Shown piece after piece: positions 8,280-16,761 of a stretch of 24,203 nucleotides of DNA. Origin of the DNA: an uncultured virus (IMG/VR IMGVR_UViG_3300048576_000587) (taxonomy: Duplodnaviria > Heunggongvirae > Uroviricota > Caudoviricetes); IMG/VR virus record IMGVR_UViG_3300048576_000587. One strand, 5' to 3'. Within the stretch, counting starts at the first letter, position 1, and each line of letters begins with the position of its first letter. The translations under genes and the position numbers were made by a program. The notes below the pieces were generated by a model, which saw only the letters and a program-made list of their open reading frames with translations, had not been told where the DNA came from and ran no database searches.

Positions 8280-9332
8280 ATGCCCGATCTTACCCCGAAA
8301 TTAAATTTGAAAAAACCCCTGGGGAATGAAATAGTCAACCGGACCGCGTATAATGAGAATCTGGCGCTCATTGACCAGAACGCCGCTTCCCAGGCCCAAG
8401 CCGATGAGCCTTTTTATTTGCGGGAGGCGGCTTACTACGATGGCTTGCATGTAATTCAGCTAACTTTCGGACCCGGCAGGGCGGTGTTTTTAAATCATCG
8501 GGTAGCGAAGGCTGAGGAGTCGGTTTATCAAGTTGCCACACCCACTGTGAATACCAGTTATTTTGTGTATTTGACCCGGGAAGGCGATTACATCCACAAT
8601 ATCAGCGGGGTTGAAATTCCGGGTGCGATACTAATCTGGAAGATAACCACCGGTGCTCAGCTCGGCCAAATATCCGTGGAAGACCGGCGTGGACGACTCT
8701 GCGGCGCATCGGCCCGGATCGTCCATGATAATTTAAATGTTCATCTGGGCGCGGGAGGTAGCGAACATGCTGCTGTTAGCCAAACTGTCAATGGCTTCAT
8801 GAGCGCCACCGACAAAACCAAGTTGGACGGGATTCCCCCCAACCCGGCTCCGGCGGGAGCAATGATGCCGTTTGCCGGAACGGCGGCTCCATCCGGCTGG
8901 TTGTTATGTTACGGGCAGGAAGTGTCAAGGAGTACTTATTCTGTCTTATTTGCAGTGATCGGTACCACTTATGGAGCAGGGGATGGGAGTAGTACGTTTA
9001 ATGTGCCGGATTTCCGGGGACGGACTCCCATTGGCAAGGATAATATGGGGGGGACTTCGGCCAATGTGGTCACCAATTCAGATGCGGATGTTCTTGGAGG
9101 TAAAGGTGGGGAAGAAAATCATACCTTAACCATCGCTGAAATGCCGAATCACGGTCACGATGAGGTTGGTTCCTTAGACTGTGGTACACGTGTGCCTTGG
9201 GATAGTGGATATTACAGTACTCCTACCGATGTGCCTGGAGGAGGAGGCTTCCGTGGTTCCCACACGGGAAGAGATCAACCGCATAATAATATGCAGCCGT
9301 GGCTGGCTTGTAATTGGATCATAAAGTATTAA
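8280..9332 (+). CDS. Tail-collar domain fibre protein (paralog 2), 350 aa
   Basis: Start moved to ATG 8280 (AAGGAG RBS, MPDLTP as in the paralogs); PAGAMMPFAG..GWLLCYGQ..FNVPDFRGR; HTLTIAEMPNHGH; HNNMQPWLACNWIIKY. Confidence 0.88.
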   Translation: MPDLTPKLNLKKPLGNEIVNRTAYNENLALIDQNAASQAQADEPFYLREAAYYDGLHVIQLTFGPGRAVFLNHRVAKAEESVYQVATPTVNTSYFVYLTREGDYIHNISGVEIPGAILIWKITTGAQLGQISVEDRRGRLCGASARIVHDNLNVHLGAGGSEHAAVSQTVNGFMSATDKTKLDGIPPNPAPAGAMMPFAGTAAPSGWLLCYGQEVSRSTYSVLFAVIGTTYGAGDGSSTFNVPDFRGRTPIGKDNMGGTSANVVTNSDADVLGGKGGEENHTLTIAEMPNHGHDEVGSLDCGTRVPWDSGYYSTPTDVPGGGGFRGSHTGRDQPHNNMQPWLACNWIIKY

Positions 9333-9356
9333 GTAAACAGAAATGAGGCGCTATCT

Positions 9357-10397
9357 ATGCCGGATTTAACCCCTAAACTTAAACTGAAACAACCCCTTGG
9401 CAATGAAACCGTTAACCGGGAAGCTTATAATGAAAATCTGCGACTCATTGATGAAAATGCCGCATCCCAAACCCGGGTTGATGAGCCGTTTTACTTAAAA
9501 GTTGCCGGATTTGATATGGAACATAACCGGATAGAACTGACTTTTGGTCCGGGCAAAGCGTCGTTTTTGGGAAATTTAGTTACTTTCACCAGGGATACCA
9601 CAGTTTTTCTTGACAGTCCGTTATTCGATATTCCATATTTTATTTACCTCAAAAGTGACGGAACTCTTATATTTAATACCAACGGAGGGAATGTTCCCGG
9701 AGCGGTTGTAATCTGGAAGGTAGTGATTGATAGCCAAATTCAGCAAATCCGCTTTGAAGATTTTCGGGGACAATTGAATGGAGCAGATGCCAGAGTGGTT
9801 CAGGATAATCTGACAGCCCATATTAACACTCCCGATCCTCACCCAATATACGCCACGGACAACGATTTAGCCACCCATCATCACGATACGGTATATGTGA
9901 AATTAAGCGCCAACAGTACGGTTCCCCCGGGCGTAGTTAATCCCTTTGCGGGAACGGCAGCTCCTCCGGGTTGGTTATTATGTTACGGGCAAACGGTATC
10001 AAGAAGTACTTATTCGGCTTTATTTACGGTTATCGGTACCACTTACGGGGCAGGGGATGGGAGTAGTACATTTAATTTACCCGATCTACGTGGACGTACT
10101 CTTGTTGGCAAGGACAATATGGGAGGAACGGAAGCTAACCGTATAACCAATACCAATGCAGATATCCTGGGAGGAACCGGAGGAGCGGAAAAACATCAAT
10201 TATCAGTACAAGAAATTCCGAGTCACAATCATAGTGTCCAAGTACTCAATGTGGGAGGAGATGGGGGCGAAATTGCTTGGGATGTGGGCGCTGCCGACAG
10301 AACATGGGTAAATAAAACTACAACTAGTACTGGTGGAGATCAGCCCCACAATAATATGCCCCCGTATCTAACTTTAAATTATATTATCAAATATTAA
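9357..10397 (+). CDS. Tail-collar domain fibre protein (paralog 3)
   Basis: MPDLTPKLKLKQPLGNE start; collar domain; EIPSHNH; HNNMPPYLTLNYIIKY. Confidence 0.88.
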   Translation: MPDLTPKLKLKQPLGNETVNREAYNENLRLIDENAASQTRVDEPFYLKVAGFDMEHNRIELTFGPGKASFLGNLVTFTRDTTVFLDSPLFDIPYFIYLKSDGTLIFNTNGGNVPGAVVIWKVVIDSQIQQIRFEDFRGQLNGADARVVQDNLTAHINTPDPHPIYATDNDLATHHHDTVYVKLSANSTVPPGVVNPFAGTAAPPGWLLCYGQTVSRSTYSALFTVIGTTYGAGDGSSTFNLPDLRGRTLVGKDNMGGTEANRITNTNADILGGTGGAEKHQLSVQEIPSHNHSVQVLNVGGDGGEIAWDVGAADRTWVNKTTTSTGGDQPHNNMPPYLTLNYIIKY

Positions 10398-10425
10398 CCG
10401 ATATTTTGTGGTAAGGAGTAAAACA

Positions 10426-11482
10426 ATGCCCGACCTAACCTCCAAACTGAAACTCAAAAAAACCCTCGGCAATGAGGCCGTCAATCGGGCTTCTTACAAT
10501 GAAAACCTTACGCTCATTGATCAGAACGCTGCATCCCAAGCCCAAGTCAATGAGCCTTTTGATTTAAAAACGGCGGTTTACGATTCACCCAATCATCGTA
10601 TCGCTCTTACCTTGGGCCCAGGTCTGGCGGAGTTTTTAGATGTGTTGGTAGCCAAGAACGAGGATTCCCTGTATTTTATCGATCAACCATCCGTCGATAA
10701 GGCTTATTATCTATATTTGAAAAGTGATGGAAATTACCTTCACAATACCACTGGCGGGATGGTTACCGGAGCGGTAATGATTTGGAAGATTAGCACCGGT
10801 TCCCCGGTTGGCCAAATCACCATTGAAGACCGGAGAGGCAGGCTGCCGGGGGCGTCCGCGCAGATGGTGGCGGACCAATTGAAAATAAATGACTCTTTGG
10901 GAGTTCCCAAGCCGTTTTTTGGCGGTATTCTACCCGCCCGGTACCTGTGGTGCGATGGCCGGACCGTAGGCGATGCCTTATCACACGCATCATCCAGGGC
11001 GAATGCCGATGTATATGAATTGTATTGTATCCTTTGGACGGCACCGGGGTTAAAAATATTCGAATCGAATGGTACGTTAACATCCCGGGGAGCAACGCCT
11101 CAAAACGATTGGAACGCCCATAAACAGTTGGAACTGCCGAAATTGAACGGCCGGACCTTGATTGGGTGCGATAATCTGGGAGGCAATTCCGCAAATACAG
11201 TAACCGATGGAAAAGCAGATGTATTAGGGGGGGATTGGGGGAGAGGAGAAACATACTCTAACAGTACAAGAGTTAGCGAGCCATAACCACCAAATCAGAA
11301 GTATAACAGTTTCTGGAGCTGATGGCGCACTAAGGTCAACTGCTTTTCATGGTGCGGCAAGCAATTATTATCATTACGGCTGGGATGCACCCGCTTATCC
11401 AATTATTGCCAAAGAAGGGGACAATCAAGGACATAATAATATGCAACCGTGGATTGCTTGCAACTGGATTATGAGATATTGA
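10426..11482 (+). pseudogene. Tail-collar fibre paralog 4, frameshifted at a G7 tract (pseudogene, phase-variable gene or sequencing error)
   Basis: Start ATG 10426 (TAAGGAG RBS). As read it stops at 11286. Removing one G from 11227-11233 gives DVLGGIGGEEKHTLTVQELASHNH...HNNMQPWIACNWIMRY with TGA 11480-11482, 351 aa, matching the paralogs. Confidence 0.85.
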
Positions 11483-11700
11483 TCCTTTCCGTATTCGCCC
11501 GATGATACTTATGATCGTTGTTAAATAAGATACGAATTAGGCTATTATGTATTTGTCATAAAAAAGTGTTTTTCGGCAAATTTTTAAGAAAATTTTTGAA
11601 TTATAACTTCGTTACAATATGCATTAATTTTGCAGTTTGACGGGTTGGTTTTATTGTAAAATTGTAGTATGAAAAAGCAATTATCCACCTCCTTTGATGA

Positions 11701-11731
11701 AGTCCCGGGACGAAAGTTTCGTTCCGGGACT
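11701..11731 (+). promoter_or_regulatory. Strong stem-loop in the leader of the glycosyltransferase cluster
   Basis: AGTCCCGGGACGAA-AGT-TTCGTTCCGGGACT, 14-bp stem with one G-U pair, ~60 nt upstream of ATG 11792; followed by an A-run, so it could also terminate minus-strand transcription. Confidence 0.5.
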
Positions 11732-11791
11732 AAAAATTTAAGTGGGGTGTTGTATATGGCCCGGGCACGGACCGGGGAAGGGAGGAATTTC

Positions 11792-12508
11792 ATGAAAATA
11801 TCCGCTTTAATTCCGTTCAAGTCCGATCATGGCGGATTCCGGGATAAAAATCTCTATTATATCAAAAAGCGGTACGAAACCTTGATGCCTGATGTGGAAT
11901 TGATTATCGGCGAGGATGCCAGTGAACCGTTCAACCACTCCCGGGCAGTGAACCGGGCGGCGGCAAAAGCCACCGGGGATTTGTTCATGGTGGTGGATGC
12001 TGATGTCTTTTTCGGTACCAAGCTAATTGATATCATCATTCAAAACGAGGCGTTTCATCCCTGGATAATCCCTTTTAGCCAGGGATTTAAACTATCCCCA
12101 AAAGGTTCGGAAGAAGTCCTCAAAAGTGGCCAGATCAAGCTACCCACCAGCTTCGCTGAAGTTGATATTGAAAGTAATTGTAACTTTTATGGGGCATTTA
12201 TGAATGTCATGTCCCGTGAAGCATTTGAACTCGTCGGTGGACAGGATGAACGCTTTTACGGGTGGGGCGGAGAAGATGAATCCTTCGCCAGAGCGCTGGA
12301 TACTCTTGCCGGTCCACATTTCCGGCTGTACGAACCGATCTTCCACCTCTGGCATCCCCCGGTAGAATACTATCACTCGTATCGAACCAAAAATGATGAG
12401 CTTAAAGAAAGATATATCAAGAATTTCGGTAATGTTGAAGCCATGAAAGAACTGATTGCCGAACGAACGAAGGTTCCAAGACATGAAATGACTGAAAACT
12501 GGATGTAA
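11792..12508 (+). CDS. Glycosyltransferase, GT-A fold with GT7 C-terminal (galactosyltransferase-like) motif, paralog 1
   Basis: Start moved to ATG 11792 (GGGAGG RBS, MKIS as in the paralogs); FNHSRAVN, DAD, GGQDERFYGWGGED and HLWH motifs. Confidence 0.88.
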   Translation: MKISALIPFKSDHGGFRDKNLYYIKKRYETLMPDVELIIGEDASEPFNHSRAVNRAAAKATGDLFMVVDADVFFGTKLIDIIIQNEAFHPWIIPFSQGFKLSPKGSEEVLKSGQIKLPTSFAEVDIESNCNFYGAFMNVMSREAFELVGGQDERFYGWGGEDESFARALDTLAGPHFRLYEPIFHLWHPPVEYYHSYRTKNDELKERYIKNFGNVEAMKELIAERTKVPRHEMTENWM

Positions 12509-12531
12509 ATTCACACGGAGGAAATAATCGC

Positions 12532-13236
12532 ATGAAAATATCCGTCTTGATTCCGTATAAACCGGATGGAGGAAGGGAAAGGGATATAAACTTTTCCTTT
12601 GTCAAGAAACGGTACGAAACCCGGATGCCCGATGTAGAGTTGGTGGTTGGCGAGGATAACAGCGAACCGTTCAACCGTTCCAAGGCAATAAACCTGGCGG
12701 CGGCCAAAGCTACCGGTAATTTATTGCTCTTAGCGGATGGCGATGTCTTTTTCGGTACCAAGTTAATTGACAAAATACTGGCCATCGCCGGCCTACATCC
12801 CTGGATCGTTCCGTTTAGCCGGGGATATAAATTGACTCTGGAGGGTACCCGCGAAGTGACAAAAACAGGCGAACTACAACTCCCAAGTAATTTAGTCAAC
12901 GCCGGCATTGAAAAAAATTGTGACAATTTAGGGGCATTTATGAATGTAATATCCCGCCAGGCGTTTGAAACCATTGGAGGAATGGATGAACGGTTTTTGG
13001 GATGGGGCCGGGAGGATGAATCCATGGCCAAGGCTTTAGACACTTTAGTCGGAAAGCATTTCCGGATGGACGAAACCATTTTTCATCTCTGGCATCCACC
13101 GGCGGATTGCCATCCCCATTATTTGGCTCGAAATGATGAGCATAGAGACAAGTATATCCAGGCTTTCGGTAATCCTCAAGCCATGAAAGAATTAATCACC
13201 GGAGGTCGGATATCGGAACAATATCAGAACCAGTAA
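12532..13236 (+). CDS. Glycosyltransferase GT2/GT7-like, paralog 2
   Basis: FNRSKAIN, DGD, GGMDERFLGWGRED, HLWH; RBS GGAGG. Confidence 0.88.
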   Translation: MKISVLIPYKPDGGRERDINFSFVKKRYETRMPDVELVVGEDNSEPFNRSKAINLAAAKATGNLLLLADGDVFFGTKLIDKILAIAGLHPWIVPFSRGYKLTLEGTREVTKTGELQLPSNLVNAGIEKNCDNLGAFMNVISRQAFETIGGMDERFLGWGREDESMAKALDTLVGKHFRMDETIFHLWHPPADCHPHYLARNDEHRDKYIQAFGNPQAMKELITGGRISEQYQNQ

Positions 13237-13276
13237 CGGCTCAATAATCCGTTAGAGTTAAAAGGGGACGATTATC

Positions 13277-13969
13277 ATGAAAATATCGGTGCTCATTCCA
13301 TTCAAATCCGATGAGGGAGGAGTCCGGGATTTGAACTTCTACCATGTCAAGAAACGCTACGAGATTTTGATGCCTGAGTTGGAACTGGTCATCGGCGAGG
13401 ATGATAGCAGGCCATTTAACCGGGCCAAGGCGAGAAACCGGGCAGCCGCGAAAGCCACAGGCGATTTATATATCATGGCGGACGCCGATGTTTTTTTCGG
13501 TACCCGGTTAATTGATAAAATACTGGCCATCGCCCCTCTGCATCCTTGGATCGTTCCGTTTAGCCGGGGTTACAAACTCACTGCGGATGGGGCCGGCAAG
13601 GCGATCCAAACCGGGGAACTCAAACTTCCAACCAATCTAAAAAACACCGATATTGCGGAGAATTTCACTAGTTTAGGAGCGCTCATGAATGTAGTGTCCC
13701 GGCAAGCTTTCGAAACAGTGGGTGGGATGGATGAACGGTTTTTAGGATGGGGATCGGAGGATGAAGCATTTGCAATAGCCTTAGATACTATAGCGGGCAA
13801 ACATTTCCGGATGAATGAAACCATCTTTCATTTATGGCATCCGCCGGCGGAACATTATCATCAATACACCCAATATAATGAAACGTTAAAAAACAGATAT
13901 TATGAAGCCCGTGATAATGTAAACGCCATGACGCAATTAATCAGCGAAAGCGTAACTCAATATCATTGA
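13277..13969 (+). CDS. Glycosyltransferase GT2/GT7-like, paralog 3
   Basis: FNRAKARN, DAD, GGMDERFLGWGSED, HLWH. Confidence 0.88.
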   Translation: MKISVLIPFKSDEGGVRDLNFYHVKKRYEILMPELELVIGEDDSRPFNRAKARNRAAAKATGDLYIMADADVFFGTRLIDKILAIAPLHPWIVPFSRGYKLTADGAGKAIQTGELKLPTNLKNTDIAENFTSLGALMNVVSRQAFETVGGMDERFLGWGSEDEAFAIALDTIAGKHFRMNETIFHLWHPPAEHYHQYTQYNETLKNRYYEARDNVNAMTQLISESVTQYH

Positions 13970-14018
13970 AGCCCAATTAATTTTCCTATATTTCATCAAT
14001 GACAAGGAGGATTCCGAT

Positions 14019-14576
14019 ATGGGGAAAAGGGCCATGCATGATGAATGGTACCCGGAAACCGAACGTTTGCTTGCGAAATATTGGCATAATCAGGAACGAA
14101 TCCAACGGCTAAAAGTCAGGGAAAAACTGTTACGGGATCAGATTGAAACACTGGATAAAGATCTCTGCCAGTTGATTCACATCCGGGACTTTCCGTATAT
14201 TAATGGTGTAATAAGTTTTAAGGCCAGAATGGGCGATCAGGATTACTCAAACCGGCTAGAGCGGCAAGAAATTCAAATTAGCGCAGTGTCAGAGACCCTA
14301 TTTATCAAATACAAAAAATTGATTCACGTCCAAAACCGGATGTTTCAATTGGAGGAGTTTGACGCCTCCATGAAGACAATCATCGATTTATTATCCGATG
14401 AGGAGAAAAAACTAGTCGAGCGGCGATATATCCACGGCGATAGCAATTATCAGATTGGCTATTTTCTTCATTGCAGCGAACACCGAATCCGCAATATGCA
14501 TTACCGGATTATCAATACGATCGCACAACGGGTGGGCAAGAAAAACGGGCGCAACCCCGTCGTAACAAAAGCGTAA
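14019..14576 (+). CDS. ArpU/RinA-like phage late transcriptional activator
   Basis: N-terminal ERLLAKY and coiled coil; C-terminal sigma-4-like HTH LSDEEKKLVERRYIHGDSNYQIGYFLHCSEHRIRN; RBS AAGGAGG; precedes structural genes. Confidence 0.72.
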   Translation: MGKRAMHDEWYPETERLLAKYWHNQERIQRLKVREKLLRDQIETLDKDLCQLIHIRDFPYINGVISFKARMGDQDYSNRLERQEIQISAVSETLFIKYKKLIHVQNRMFQLEEFDASMKTIIDLLSDEEKKLVERRYIHGDSNYQIGYFLHCSEHRIRNMHYRIINTIAQRVGKKNGRNPVVTKA

Positions 14577-14590
14577 AACCGTGATACACT
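14550..14590 (+). promoter_or_regulatory. Putative activator-dependent late promoter
   Basis: CGCAAC (14550), CGTAAC (14561) and CGTAAA (14572) at 11-bp spacing, then extended -10 TG-A-TACACT (14582-14590); no canonical -35. Confidence 0.5.
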
Positions 14591-14621
14591 TATATTGTAA
14601 GAAACGATCTTAAAAAGAGAC

Positions 14622-14805
14622 TGGCAGTTACCAATGAATCTCCGGCCGGAGAAGATAGGTTTGATGTCCTATCATAACAGTTCAATTAATCATTCGGATG
14701 AAGTCTCCAAATTCGATCGGGAGTTTTAATTTACCAAAGTACTGTATGAAATGGAATCATTGAAACTGCCAATGGCCCTGTTTCAATTACAGCTTGGTAA
14801 CAAGC
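14622..14805 (+). ncRNA. Putative structured RNA leader of the tail operon, not assigned to a known family
   Basis: Several nested helices can be paired by eye (see findings), plus a GUAA-tetraloop hairpin at 14792-14805 next to the SD. Confidence 0.4.
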
Positions 14806-14821
14806 GAAAGGAGGGAAATGC

Positions 14822-15265
14822 ATGGCCTGGAATGTAAAAAATATCGAAACCGAACTGGTAGCCCGTCTGGCGGCACGAACTTCATTAATCAATATTTTGG
14901 GAGATTCGAGCCATATCCGGGCGGAAGGAACCGGGGGTGCGCTCTATCCGTCAGTGAATTACCTCCTGGAAGATATCCCAAGTGATCGTGACGAACATCT
15001 GATTATTCTTTATCTGTATATTGATACTCAAAACGATACAGGGCATAACCAAGGCCTGGATATCGCAGCGGAGTTAACGGCGGAGATCTATCATAAACCG
15101 CAAGTTTCGAATTCAGCGGCTTTTTTAGATCTAATGGATTATCAATACCAGATTTTAGATCAGATCAAACTCCATGATTCAGGGCCGGTTCCCAAAGAAG
15201 GCAGTTCACCGGTGACTTTCCGCTGTAAACAAATTTGGCGGTTTATCGTAACCGACCAATCATAA
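14822..15265 (+). CDS. Putative tail completion/terminator protein
   Basis: 147 aa, directly upstream of the tube gene; YPSVNY and alpha/beta pattern; RBS AAGGAGGG. Assigned mainly by synteny. Confidence 0.5.
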   Translation: MAWNVKNIETELVARLAARTSLINILGDSSHIRAEGTGGALYPSVNYLLEDIPSDRDEHLIILYLYIDTQNDTGHNQGLDIAAELTAEIYHKPQVSNSAAFLDLMDYQYQILDQIKLHDSGPVPKEGSSPVTFRCKQIWRFIVTDQS

Positions 15266-15292
15266 AAAACCATAAAAAAGGAGTGTTTTAAC

Positions 15293-15811
15293 ATGAGTAC
15301 AACCACCAATCTTCTCTATGGCACACCGCATTATATCAAAATCGGGGCTTACGGGACAACCGAAGCCGAAGCTGTCGACGTCGGCTTTACGGATGCCGCC
15401 CTGCAACTGACTCCCAAGTTTGAAATTGAAAAACGCATGGTCGCTCAAAATCTGGGCGCGGTGGATGCCAATATGAAGGGTGTTTCCTTCACGCTGAAAA
15501 TGACCTTAGCCGAAGCATCCATGGCGAATTTGAAAATGGCATTAAGCCTTCCGGATGACAATTTAGCTACTAATGTGTTAAGTATAGGTTCCGGTCTCGG
15601 CGTGCAAAAGAAAACCATTTTTATCGAAGGCCCTGGCCCGTCCGGCGGAACCCGCAGTATAAAGATCCAGAAATGTTACCTGAGTGAACCCGGTTCATAT
15701 GTCATGGACAAAAAGTCAACCAACCTGGATTTGACCTTTGAGTTGTTGGAAGATACCTCGGTTGCCGATCCCAAACAACGCTGGTTCACAGTAACCGACG
15801 CTACCGCTTAA
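15293..15811 (+). CDS. Major tail tube protein, non-contractile (siphovirus-like) type
   Basis: 172 aa; DVGFTDAALQL, VAQNLGAVD and TLAEASMANLKMAL resemble siphovirus tube motifs; followed by a terminator and chaperone; no sheath gene beside it. Confidence 0.72.
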   Translation: MSTTTNLLYGTPHYIKIGAYGTTEAEAVDVGFTDAALQLTPKFEIEKRMVAQNLGAVDANMKGVSFTLKMTLAEASMANLKMALSLPDDNLATNVLSIGSGLGVQKKTIFIEGPGPSGGTRSIKIQKCYLSEPGSYVMDKKSTNLDLTFELLEDTSVADPKQRWFTVTDATA

Positions 15812-15862
15812 TCAAATCATCGGACATCGATTATCTCGAAATCTATTGCATTAAATTGATTG

Positions 15863-15895
15863 ATTAAAACCCAGGAATCTCACCTGGGTTTTAAT
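15863..15895 (+). terminator. Intrinsic terminator (possibly bidirectional) after the tube gene
   Basis: ATTAAAACCCAGG-AATCTCA-CCTGGGTTTTAAT, perfect 13-bp inverted repeat. Confidence 0.8.
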
Positions 15896-15924
15896 TATTA
15901 AAAAATAATATGGAGGAATAAAAA

Positions 15925-16470
15925 ATGAGTAATTTGAACGCATCACCGCGAGTCATTCGGAGAAATAGCATCAAGGTCGTTCTCCGGGACCAAACATTTG
16001 AAATCCGCGGTCTGAGTATCGCCAGTTTGGAAAAACTTAAACAGAGTATTAGCAGCTTACTGGTGAAAGTTTTTCAAAAAATCGGCGAATTGCAACAGCA
16101 AGATTGGAATTCCCAGATAATTCCCAAGAAAGGTTTTCTCAATAAGTTATTAGGGCGTAAATCACAAATTACCATCCCAACCCAGACCATGAGTTTTATC
16201 GATGATTTGCTTAACTCGGTTTTAAAAGAACCTTTGGAGTTGTTAGAGTCGGCCAGCGGACTGCCTCATGAATTCTTCGATCCCAGTCAAAAAGAGACTT
16301 GTTTAGCCATCGAAGAAATTAAACAATTAGCCGAGATCGTGTTCGAGGTTAATGGCTTGGGTTTCGCTTGGACGGCACTGAAGCAACTGGGGAGACAAAT
16401 GGTGGAATCAATACAGAAGAAGCCATCAGTGCCGTCTGTCAATGGTACGGATACTCCCTCAGTGAACTAG
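15925..16470 (+). CDS. Tail assembly chaperone (lambda gpG analogue)
   Basis: Lies between tube and tape measure genes; RBS GGAGG; overlapped by a -1 frame ORF. Confidence 0.7.
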   Translation: MSNLNASPRVIRRNSIKVVLRDQTFEIRGLSIASLEKLKQSISSLLVKVFQKIGELQQQDWNSQIIPKKGFLNKLLGRKSQITIPTQTMSFIDDLLNSVLKEPLELLESASGLPHEFFDPSQKETCLAIEEIKQLAEIVFEVNGLGFAWTALKQLGRQMVESIQKKPSVPSVNGTDTPSVN

Positions 16471-16736
16471 AAAATGAATTATCATATGAGCAAGTGTCCT
16501 GGTTATATTCCGATGCGCTGAAACGGGAAAACATTAAGACCGCTCTAGAGGCTGAACTAAACTACCAGGCTTTAGCATTGTCACTAACTGCGGTACTTAA
16601 TAAAGCTTTAGGCGGCCAAGGCGACATTCCTGAGAAACTTGGCGTTATGGATGCGTTGGAGAACAAGAATCCGGAGCGGAAAAAGACTTTAACCCATTAC
16701 CGGGAAGATGCGCCGGATATTTTAAGTATATTATGA
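16359..16736 (+). CDS. Chaperone C-terminal extension (gpT analogue), probably made by -1 frameshift
   Basis: The -1 frame opens after TAA 16350-16352; in-frame G GGT TTC heptamer at 16359-16365; no SD before TTG 16368; WYGYSLSELENELSYEQV is T-like. Confidence 0.65.
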   Translation, partial: GFRLDGTEATGETNGGINTEEAISAVCQWYGYSLSELENELSYEQVSWLYSDALKRENIKTALEAELNYQALALSLTAVLNKALGGQGDIPEKLGVMDALENKNPERKKTLTHYREDAPDILSIL

Positions 16737-16761
16737 CTTTTAGAGCAAGGTGGTGTTTATC

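Noticed and set aside
6618..11482. Shufflon or invertible tail-fibre cassette system
   Set aside because: All genes are full length, co-oriented and have their own RBS; no invertase or inverted crossover sites seen.
11690..11745. Hammerhead ribozyme-like core (TTGATGA-A-GTCCCGGGAC-GAAA)
   Set aside because: C3 is replaced by U, stem I cannot form, and a stronger 14-bp hairpin (11701-11731) competes. An Infernal search would settle it.
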